From positions 248,001-312,000 of the forward strand of contig NMRA01000349.1 in NCBI GenBank assembly GCA_002633005.1: 64,000 nucleotides of DNA. Direction: 5' to 3'. Both the position numbers and the translations under genes were made by a program. Origin of the DNA: Phoronis australis (lineage: Eukaryota; Animalia; Phoronida). Positions 14,652-26,100 of this stretch are shown here, piece after piece. Position 1 is the stretch's first letter. Each line of letters opens with the position of its first letter. The notes beneath the pieces were generated by a model, which did not search any database, had not been told where the DNA came from, and saw nothing but the letters and a program-made list of their open reading frames with translations.

Positions 14652-17600
14652 TCACTTCTTAGTAGACCCAAATCCTGAGAAGCCCATTAGAGCTGCCATG
14701 TCACTGTCCCCCTCCGGCTCAAGATCTTCGTCTGCCTTACGCTTCCTTTCTTTCCTCTTTTCTCTTCTGTAAGCTTTTTGTTTTTCCTCCTGAAATGGTA
14801 ACTTGAGCTTGAACAAACTATGCAGAACTGGAGACAGTTCTACACAAATAGATTTTAAGCTGCTTTAAAAAAAACAAAACCATTGCAGGTATTACTAACA
14901 ATTTTGCAAAAAGAGTGAGTACCAAATAAAAAATCCATGTACGTTTACTCCAACTCTTGCAGTAATTGACCTGCAGGATAATTGACCCTATCGCAAGTTC
15001 CGTTGCCTTGCAAGAAGTCGACAAATAAAAAGTTTTACTCGACAAAGTGTTATTTGTCAGGTAAAATGGCGGCTTGGAAACAAAGTTGTGTCAAGAATGC
15101 TGCATTCTGATTGGTCAGTTAAGCTGTCACTCAAAATCTTTGCGATAGGTTAATTCTAACACCACTCTTGTTGATATTGAAAACTGCAATGTTGCCAGTT
15201 AGACTTGTCTTAGTGTCCGCATTTTCCGCTGAGAAGTTGCCTTTATGTAGGTGACAGTCCTTGGACACTGTATCACATGACTTTATGATCATGATCGAGG
15301 TTTTCGCTACATTCAGATTCTTGCAGCAACAATATCTTTTGGAAACATTTGTCAAAAGAGTGGGGCAAAAGAACAGTTACATGTTAGAAAATGTTGCTGG
15401 GGGGAACCAAGTTTGGTGAACACACGATAAATTTCCAAATTTAATAGCCTGTCATGCATTTAATGATTTGCAATCTTTGATCCAGGTAAAAAATCCCCAT
15501 GATAGCGGTATACCTTAAAAAATGGCAGGTGACCTGGTGCCTTCTGTGGTGCACCAAGCGTACTTAAGTCACACAGCTAGGCCCATTGCACTAGTGTACC
15601 CTTGCATTCAATTGCAACAATAACACAAAAATTACTTGGTTTCCTGTAAACGTCTGAAACAAGTACTTGTGCGAAAAGCTTAAAACTGTGAACACTTGTA
15701 AAACCTAGTACATTTTCATTCAAAAAACAAATCATAAATGGTGAAAAAACAAAGATTCAACAACTAAAACATTTCGATTACTTCATTACAAGTCCATCAT
15801 GCAACACCCTTTAAATTAATTTCAATTACTAATATCAAATGAATTACAGTTGAACCTTACTACAACATACTTAACAGCAATACAGACTTTTAAGTCTCAA
15901 ATTTACCTTATGTGTGCATGTCTGCGCTATCATTAAAGCGTACAAAATTTAAAGGTCCCTTTATGTAAATTGTTATGAACTTCAACCAGTATTTTTATAA
16001 CAGTTTGCATTAAGCTAACCTCTTCTTTTAATTCTTTCATCCTTTCTTCAAAATCGTACTCTTTTTTCTTTTCTTCCATTTTCCTTTTGTTCAGTTCAAA
16101 TCTTTTCCTGACTTGATCTAATGATGACCTTTCGACCTTCATTGACATACCCAGGTTCCTTTGATCTGCAAAAATAGATGCATTATGGGTTAGGGCATTG
16201 CCAAATGTCTATGACTGGAAACGGACATGTGGTTGCCAATACCCAAAGTTAAAGGCCAATGGCTAGAAATTGGACACAGATCTCAGACTTTATGCAGACA
16301 TTTCGAGCTTGACTTTCAACAGAATGAACCTAAGATAAGGATCTGCAGCATAAATTCTCCCGTTTGGGCAGTGAAAAATTAATCGCTTTGCTATAGGTCA
16401 AAGCTTGTAACAAATTTTAGAAACAGACCGTCTTAAATTCAAGAGTTATGATCAACAACAAACAAGATCAATCACCTTGATGATACGCTCTATGACAACA
16501 TATCAAAATGTTGCGTGTGCATCTATTTTCGACAATTGCCAAGTCTATTTTCTGACTGTTGATACAAAATGAGAAACATGATTTTTGCCAAATCACCCTT
16601 GTCCCAGCCTTCAGAATCAATACAAGTGACTTACTTCGCGTTTCAAACAGAACTTTTACGATATTATTCTGTGCTCAAGTATATTTTGTTCACATGGAGG
16701 AATGTCTAAAAAACTTGCACTTGATGACTTCAAACTAAAATGAAATTTCCAGCTTGAACTTCCAAATTTGCAGAACATCTTCAGGGGGCATCAAGAGTAA
16801 ACCGGAACAAGAATTGCATCTGTATAAACCACACGGTACTTGCAAGTGCAATCACAGACGCTCATCTTGAGCTCGTACTAAAGTAAAACAGAAAATTATA
16901 TAAAAACACTTTCGAGATTAGGTTCTGAGATAAGACCTCAAGTCCAGTGATTGGTTTCATTTACCATCCTAGAATTGCACCATCCCATCTTAACTCTCCG
17001 TTCGCAGAGGTAGAAAACACATTGCATGATTGCCCACCATCAAAGAATAACATCAGTCTGAAACTGGCAGATACTATTACCCGCCTAGTCAATATTCTTC
17101 GAACCGGCTCACAACTCACACTCCAACAGTAAAACTTAACTGACATTTAGTAACTGTGATGGCGATTTTGATGTCGTGATGGCTTTACATCACTCTACAG
17201 TAGCAATTTACATTGCCTTCAAACTTCCTTCTCATTGTGTTTTACAATACATCACAGTCCAGTGAGAAAGGTGACAATATGGAAGATAACCTATGAGTCC
17301 AACCATAATGACTTGAGCAAAGACGTTTAGGACAGCCCTAAAAAGAGCTTATGACATTGTTTTTCATTTACTAGAGAACTATCACCCTGAAACCACTTGC
17401 GTTAACTTCCTGTATTTACTTACGTTTTTTGCCATTAATGTGGTCCAGGAAATTTATGGAGTCCTTCACGACACAGTCACATACATTACAATAGTATCTA
17501 CAAATAGAATGCAAAGATGAACAAGTGATCAGAGTTCATGTTTAGGAAACCTTGTTCAACTCATAAACAACAATACCATAAAACACTATGTCCTCTCTAA

Positions 17601-20600
17601 TTGCCTTTTAAGCAGCAAGGCTTGGACTGATCGGTGATAAAAAGAGGAAAATTTTCGAAATTCTCCAAAAATTAACAAACTTTTATGATAGAATTTTTTT
17701 GGGTTGTAAAACTTAAGTGAAATAAAAGTTTTCGCAAGAATAAAGCCAAAATAATAACAAAAAAGCAGGAAAAGAGGAAACTAGAAATCAAATAAGAAAT
17801 CAAAACCAAAAAGAGAAAAATTCCCAAGTCCTGAACAATCTTTGATCCAGGTAAAAAATCCTCATAGCAGCGTACCTCAAAATAATGATAAAAAGAGACA
17901 AAAAAAGAGGAAACTGGAAATCAAATAACTAAAGGAAAACGAAAGCAAATCAGAGGAAATCCTCTTAAAACAAGAAAGTTCCATCCCCTGAAGCTGGTAA
18001 CTGAACATTAAGAAAAACAACCTACCCTCCTAACTGTGAAGCAGGTGTGGTTTTGGTGATAACCTGAGATTTGCCTAGCTTGGAATCGAGGTCAACCTGT
18101 AACGGCAAAAATCAAGATGACTGAGAATAACAAAAGCATAGTACACAGAAAAGAAGCAAATTAGTGACTACCACCAGAGATCACAGGCAATTGATAAAAT
18201 TAATCCAATGTAATTCCCAGAGGAGGCGCCACTGTCTTCCGATGGACAAGGCGGCTTATTGTCGGTAAACAAACAATTACTTACTAGAAGTAAAATGTGC
18301 ATAACACCAGGTGCCGCCAGGGCAGTGACGTTGCGACTAAGTCTTGGTCGCAGCTTGTGTACGAGATTATTGATTTCGCGCACTGAGAATATACAGAGTG
18401 GGCGGTGCATGCTTTCATTCACATCACATCAAAGCACAGTTCGTCCAATGTAAATTTGACAAGTATGCTATTTTGCTGAATACAGAAAAATAATGTAGTC
18501 TACAATCTGATGAGACTCAAGTCAGCACACTGATTAGACCACTTGCAAGTTTCCCAACTGAGCATGGCAAGTGGAACATAACAGGTGTATAGTCCTGCCT
18601 GCGATATCATAAGACTGATTTCAAGGGAAGCAAAACATAAATCCACGTAGCTTCTTATCTTGTAAAAGGTCTTTATCCTTGTAATACATACGGTAAATGA
18701 AAGCCCACAGTTTTGTACACAGGGAGCTGCTTACACAGTAAATGATAACTAAAGACCAGAATGAATTGTCTGGCTGGAAAAATTTTAACTAAAGAACATT
18801 TGAACACTCTTAAATAAACATTTTTTGTTTTTCCCTTCGCAAATGCATCTTGGGAATTATTGCTGGATGGAATAGACTTTTTAAAGTTATTAGCTTTGAC
18901 AACAGCTATAGGTAAACAATTTATTTTTCTGTTTTTGTGATTTCATTACAAATTGTGAATTCTCGCCGTTTTCTATCTCACATTTGCTGATTTCAAGGCC
19001 AGTTACATCATGACTGTTTAATTAATGCATTTAAAATATGAACGGGGTTTAGCTCTGCCAGCACGGCCTTAGGTTGTGACTGCAGAGGTTGCAAATTTGA
19101 ATCTGCACTAAGGCTCATCTTGAATAACTTTTCTCGTCAACAGTGTCCCTTTTCTTAAGTTCCTCACAAACTTCTCATAATGACGGAAGGCTACCGTATT
19201 CAGCTGCCACTGCAAAGAATTCCGAGTCATTTCATCCTCCGACTTTTGGCGTGCACTGTAAACAACAGTTCCGTTATCAACACTATACGTCACATTTACC
19301 TTGTACTCCCTCGGCTTCAGTAGCTCCCTTTTGATAGGTGGATCCTTCTTAGAAGAGCCCTCCAACGCCTCCAGTTCAGCCTGGATTCTCTCTCTGGCGA
19401 TCCGTTCAAACTCATCCTTGTCCCACTTCTTTCTATGGTCTTCAACTGGTTTCTGGAATTACAGTAACAGATTAAACTCAATTTAATCTAACATTTGGTT
19501 AATGTTCTCAAAATCAGGACATACTATACACAACATTACAGGGGAAAGGAACCAATTTTGTAGTACACTCAGCAAATTCGAATAACTGACAGGCACAATT
19601 CAATAGTGTAGTGAATGCGCTCCAGCGAATCTATGGTAGTGATGTCACACGGAAGTTACGTCACTTCCCGAGAGTTTTAGAATCCCTTTAGAGCAGCTGT
19701 TCTGAGATAGGGAGTTGCCGCCGTGAAGTCTGAGTGTTCAGACGTGCTGTTGCTGTATGTTTAACTTGGGATAGTCACTATGTACATACGTGTATCTGTA
19801 TATTAGCTTGTGTGCAGTAGTTTGTTGAGTTCAGGGTGGACTGTGGGACGCTGAACTATGGTAAGCCATTCTTGTAGTTTTAGTTATACTCGCATGAATG
19901 TTTTGATATATTTGTCGCTAAAACACAGCGGTGCCGGGCATTGAATGCATTACAGCGGAATGGAAATTGATGACCTTTACTTCTCAGGTTATGCTTCAGA
20001 CAGGTAAGATTTTTTAAAAACGTGCGATATTTAGGTCCATGTAAGAGATTGGAGAGCTAGGTTGGACCTAGCCATGGTACAAAGCTGTATACAGCTTTGT
20101 ACCGATTACCGATGTGGGTAAAAAAGTGGTAAGATAAAATCTGACACAAAATTAGTGTCATTAAAAACTACAGTCTTCCTTGAGTAAATTGAATTATTTA
20201 ACGGTGTTGGAAAAAATGGCGTTCTACCGTTATTCTGCTGCTTAAGTTGTGGAGCGATCTTCCGCGTCGGCTTTCGGCGCCATGAAATATTGCGTCATTT
20301 CTTGGCCAGTTTCTTTTTTTGCCGGTTCTTCAATTAACTGTTGTTCTTTAAGGAGGTTGCGTACATGTCACAACAAATTATTGGAACTAGTTTCACTTCA
20401 TTATAAGTTTTTAGAATTTCCATATACCAAAAAAACGAATTTCAGAACAAATTATGCTGCTGGGAAGTTGTCACAAAAATTTAAGAAATGGCGCGTGCGC
20501 GTGACACGAGCGTATTGTCTTCAAAACGACAACATACTTTTCATTGTTACAAAATTTCGAGAATGACGCAAGAAAATGACGTTTATTAAATTGTTTTCCA

Positions 20601-21181
20601 CTTAAACGGTTGTAACGGCCGGTCAAGGCAAGTGTCGTTTGATTCCCAGATTTTGCATGCACCCCGTCCGGTCTTTAGCTTTACATGTTGATACAAGTTT
20701 CATGGCGACTTGACAAGCAGAACTACCTTGGCTGTGTGCAATTTCGGGGTCTATGGAAGAAAAACACACAGTGGTACCTAGCTCCGTATTTTGACGATAG
20801 CTAGCTGGCTGGTATGTTGGAACGTGTAAGGCAAGCAGACCCAGTTAACTCAGTCTGGTGGCTTACTTCGTCTACTATAGTGTAGACATACGTTTTAAGA
20901 CATCTTCGAAAAAAGCGATGGGCCTGTGGCCTGGCTGTGTTCTGAGCCTCTGACTGAGTCTGATTTAGTCCGACTGCGACTAGCGAAACTGGTACTTCTG
21001 ATCTGAGTTACGAAAAGTACACAATTTAAAAAACGAGCGACCTAACTTAGGTTAGGCCTACTTGATTCTTTGACTCAGTTGCCCGACTGACGACAGGGCT
21101 TTTGATGCCTATTTACATCTCAGCTAACATCAAGAGAAATGTGAAAATTTACAAAAGAAAAGTGCTCACCGCGTACGCCAT
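14652..21181 (-). CDS. ZMAT2: Zinc finger matrin-type protein 2 (Snu23), 197 aa; exons 21170-21181, 19300-19452, 18026-18096, 17424-17497, 16020-16165, 14652-14789
   Basis: Spliced translation: MAYA|[16 protein letters not shown]...[10 protein letters not shown]|[24 protein letters not shown]|[25 protein letters not shown]|[23 protein letters not shown]...|...[15 protein letters not shown]. Canonical splice sites, 594 nt in total. Confidence 0.96.
14980..15154. mobile_element. ~170-bp MITE, copy 1
   Basis: Inverted ends AATTGACCCTATCGCAAG / TTTGCGATAGGTTAATT. Homologous copy at 46972-47124. Confidence 0.65.
20150..20810 (-). repeat. Dispersed repeat family member, inverted relative to copies at ~29100-29340 and ~37650-38280
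   Basis: Shared blocks include AGACCCCGAAATT(T/G)CACACAGCC, GAGCTAAAGACCG..GCATGCAAAATCTG and TAACTTAAGCAGC..AATAA. Confidence 0.65.
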
Positions 21182-21320
21182 GTTTTGTTTCCACAGGAAA
21201 TAGTAAAATATATACGCATGCGCATTCGACTGTCAACAAGAACCTTTGGCGCACGCAGTAAAATTTGGAATGGTTTGTTGACGTGGCATTTATTAAATTT
21301 CATGGGAATTTACTCGTAAG
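21182..21320. promoter_or_regulatory. Bidirectional promoter ZMAT2 (-) / FAM114A (+)
   Basis: Lies directly upstream of the ZMAT2 ATG. NRF1-like ACGCATGCGCA at ~21214. + strand donor CTC|GTAAGT at ~21316 could splice to the acceptor at 23113 before the FAM114A ATG. Confidence 0.55.
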
Positions 21321-23125
21321 TTCATGCCAGAATTTTCAACACAACAGCCACTGTCTAATTGTCATGTTAGCTTTGTTCCCGTGAAGTTGTCAGTTTTAAC
21401 AAAACTTCCAAACAATTCCTTTTCCTAACCTCTGTCCAGCTCCAAGTCGAACTGAGCCCGAGTCGATGAGCAATGGCAGCAATGCCAAAATGAATAGCTA
21501 GAGTTTACCTTATACATGCTTATATTGGTATGCGTGAGTGCATATATAGTCATTGTAGTGAGAACTGTAGATTGTTTGGATGAGCCTGTTATGGTTGTGC
21601 TCTATGTGCTTCATAACCCGTTTCGGAGCTCAGCCACAGGTGTCCTCAACTTCTGACCGTCTCCAACACACTATATATAGAATACTATATATAGTGTATT
21701 CTGGACGATCAGAAACTGAGGACACATGTGTTTCGGAGTGCGTGACCCAGGATTACTGTTTACAATCCAGAGGCAGAGAAACAGTAAACTTCCTTCTGAA
21801 TTAACTGGCAGCACCGTTTAGGTTCTGTGACCAGTGCAAAAAACCCATACGAAAATATTCAATAGGATCCTATAGGAATTCCTATAGGATCTTCTTAAAT
21901 TTTCAAAAAAGTACATGTTCGTGTGAAACGTATATTTGGCTGAAGCCATTCATCAGTGTGATGTCTTGCCACTAGGTGTCGATGGGCGTAATACAAGGTA
22001 GTACATACGGCTGCATGAGTCTGTAAGTGCCGTCATTTGTGTTCTTAGGATTAGGTTGTTTTGAAATCTGATTCTTCTTGCATAAACAGGTGGTCTGGAT
22101 TTCAAAAGGGCCTAAGTCTGTGAACAGAGACAACACCGCTTACACACTCAGCGATATGTGCAAGCACACCCAGCGACTCCTAGCGGCAAGACTTTACACT
22201 GACGAAGACTTCATCAACCATGATCGCTGAGAAAACAAAAGTTTCTGGCATTTTTTTCAATTTGTGGGTACTTAAGAGCATAATAATTTGTTAGAGTAGG
22301 AGTCAGTATGAACAGCAGCTAAATTAATTTGGTAATATTGACTGCTGGTATGTTTTAAACTTCATTCTGTCCAAGTCTTAAAAGGCATTATACCACCGTT
22401 GCCTGATGGACTGCCGAGCGGTGTACAAAATTGGTGCCTTGTCAAAATATGTTGTGGTCAACTTCTTTAATCCAGTGAGAATAGGAGTACTAGTAAGTCT
22501 GAATTTCCTATTGACACCCTGTCATCTGTGTCTTTATAATTTTGTAATCCTGCATTTTATGTGTCTGGATTGTGGGGAAATCAAACTTACAGCTTTTTAA
22601 GCATCTAAATTTGCCACATTTGTATTTTGCCAGATTTCAAATTTCGGCTGTTTCAAAACTAGGATTTTAATTCTCGTAATTCATGAGTTCAGGGAGGCAA
22701 TAGATAAGTTTGATGGTCCCTGATTTTGAGAATCAGTTTCATTTACTCATAGCGATGCTGTTATTAAATGCTTGCCTGGTTCTCAAAATCAGAGAGAACC
22801 AGGCAATCACTTAATAATGATTCTTGTTATTCAGTAGATAAGCTGGTTCTCAAAATTAGGAACCAACAAAAGCGTCATTCAGGATTAGGGCTGGGATGAG
22901 GTTTAGAAGGTTGGTGAAGTCAGAGCTACATTGTACTTAGTAGGGTTTTTGTCATCCGGTATTGTGTGAGACTTTAAATGTTGCAATTTTCTATCGTCCA
23001 TTGTAGCACTGTGACTGTGAGTTTGATTTTGGTCAAACAAGTTGCACTGACGTAAGACGACATGATTCTTAAACGCTGTATCTATATTCATTTATACTTT
23101 GCAATGTCTTACAGAACTAGGCAAT

Positions 23126-26100
23126 ATGTCCGACTCCGAAGACGACACATTCCAGAGTGCTGATGAAGGCGATGGAGAGGGTGTTAATTCAACAGCGCCA
23201 CCCCTTGGTGGTAAAGATGAGGCTACTGCAGAACAGGAACCTAAAGTGAGTAATGTTCGTGCGAAAAATAAAGGAGAGAAAAAAGCTGTTGAAACGAAAT
23301 CAAAAAGGAAAGAGAGGCAGAAAAAGGGGAAGTCAGCTAGTGATTCTGGTACGAAAGAGCAAGGCAGCGGTTCAGGTACAGGTATCAAGACAACGGTATT
23401 AAAGGAGAAGAAGGGTGGTGACTCATCAGGTGTGACATTGTCAGGTGCAAAAGATGGAGAGACTGTGATCCCTGCTGGCAGTGTTGAGCCGGATAGTGCA
23501 GAGGCAGCTGTGCCAAGAGGGAGGGAGGAGATGAGCCCTGCAAGCAGTGCTGAGCCTGGTAGTTTGAATCTGAGCATGCCAGGAGGGAAGGGAGAGAATC
23601 AGGAAGCTGAAGAGGGCAGCACAGGGCCTGGTGAGGAGAACCCTACTGCGGAAGAAAAATCAACTACTGAGGGGATCAGTGTTGAGCCAGAGGGTTCAGA
23701 CATATCTGGAGAGAGTAAATCAGGAACTGGGGATGTGAAGGCTTCAGACATCAGGCAGAGTCTGGCAGATAAAGACAACACACCAAGCTCATTGGAGAAA
23801 GTGGCTGAAGATGGCGCTAGTGTGAGTAGGACCAATTGTATGATAACATGAGTATAAATCTTTGTGGTTCATGTCGAAGTTAAAGTGTCTTGATAATAAC
23901 TGTTACTAGTAAACAAATAGAGTCTGGGTATTGGCATAGGTCTTTGACCTGATCTTCAAGACTTTTATAGTAATTTGTACATGAGGTTATTTAATATTGT
24001 ATCCAGTTGATGTTGGCTAAAACTCAATCTCCTAAGTGAAAAGACAAGTTAGAATCTTGTTGGCTGATTGTACAACTTCATTTCCTTTGCTACCAGTGAT
24101 AAATTAAAACAGGACTTTGTGTAAGTATCACACGTGTAGCTATTATTTGCTGACTTTCCACTCTGACTGTTTTAGGCTCAATCTTCTGGTTGGGGGAGCT
24201 GGGGCTCCTGGGGTAAGTCCTTGGGGTCCAGCCTACTGTCGACAGCCTCAAACTCAGTCACCACATTCTCTCATCAAGTGGGTAAGTTTGAAAACTAACA
24301 GTGTTCACTTGACCTAGCTAGTTATGCCGGGTGTATTTAGAATGCACTGACCAGTGGATTCAATACCTCATTCTTGATGATGGGCTATCTATAATTGTGT
24401 TTGGCCAAATCTTTCAAATTTTGATCAAAGTTTTTACCTAACCATGAGCACATACCGTAGATACCATCCCGTCGCATCCATCAACAATACAGATTGTGTA
24501 GTTTTACTACTCTTCCGTTATTTTTTAGGATTCGCGCAAAAGTATCCAATTGTGAATGGTGTAAAATGTGCCAATAGATCATTACATCGTGAGGTGGTTA
24601 TTTTGAGCACCTAGACCCTGAGGGGGTTTGGAGGATTGATCACTTGATGGGCACGAGTCCGGGGTGAGGATTCCTCCAAATCTCTCACAATGGGTTCTGA
24701 TAATGGATACAATTGCGGAGAACATGCAATGATATAAATACCACAAAACCAGCAATTAATGCGACAAAGCATACGAAGCAAAATTGAAAATGTTCAACTT
24801 CCACGATTGTGCTTACCATTGGTCGTCGGTATGCAGTACGGTGAATCGAATCGCACACGTGAGTGTCTTTTACGGAATATTGCCTCGTCCTGCCAAATTG
24901 TTATCTAACCCGCCTTGGGTTATCTCATGGCAGTTATCGTTGGTTTCCTACTGATACTGTGAGATAAAAGTGAAGACCTGTTACATCAGAAGCATCGTCG
25001 TATTAATGTCTCTGTAACCCATTATTCACGTTTCTTGTACACATCTGCAGGTGAAGGACTGCACACAGTGATGGGTGCGGTGGACAGCTCACTGGGGGCA
25101 GTACCCCCTGAGGAAATGGTCAAGATACAGGTGAAGCAGTCGGAGCTGGTGGAGACTGATGTGGTGCTGGACAAAGATGGACATGAAGGTAGATGTCCAT
25201 GATGTGGTCATCCTTGCAAGTTTACTTAATAAAATCATGAAAAAGTTATAAAAACAATGAATATACCTAAAAATCCTGATTATCACAGAACCATCACTGT
25301 CCACCATTTGCTGACCTCTAAGGAATGGTTATTTTATGTAATGGAATTAATGGGCTCAGGCTAGACCTAATTGTTGTTTTTTCATCAGGTTCATCATGTT
25401 GGTTTTCAGATCCCATCAGTATGATAATGACAAAGGCTATATTTGGGTTTTCAATCGTATGTCAATTGGTCAGTCAGTTAACTAACAATTTTTTTTAAAT
25501 AACTATAGCAGACGGTGTGGTTCATGCTGTGTGCAGTCGTTTCTTCTCGCCTTACCTAATGACATCACAAGTTCACAATTCCTCCTCCAGAAAATATGTT
25601 TTTTTTTTTGGTAATCATTCCATGTGATTCTCCTTCTAGTCCAAGAGGCGGCAGAAGCTCATAAACCTCCGGCAGACGAAGCTGAAACTGAGGAGGACGA
25701 CTACAATGTATCCAGCACAGGGGGGTGGCTATCTAGCTGGGGAATGAACACACTGAGCCAGGCTGTAAAAAGCACTGTAGACACGGTAGGTCGTAGGTTA
25801 CACACAGTAGGTCATAGGTCAGAAGAGTATGTCCATAACAATTCATCACAAAAATTTCTTAGTTAGTTTCGCTGTTGCTAATGTGTTACTGAACATTTTA
25901 ACAGTAACTGTTATGAAATGTTCATTGGATGACTGAAGCTATCTTAAATCAATAGTTTGTTTATCATCAGAGTAAACACCTTGTTGAGGGCAGCCTGGAT
26001 GTTCTTGAACACATCGGTAAGAAGACAGTAAACGTGCTGAAAGAAACTGACCCTGGCTTCATGAAGACAAAGAGTCTGCTGCACGGTGAAAAGAAGCCAA

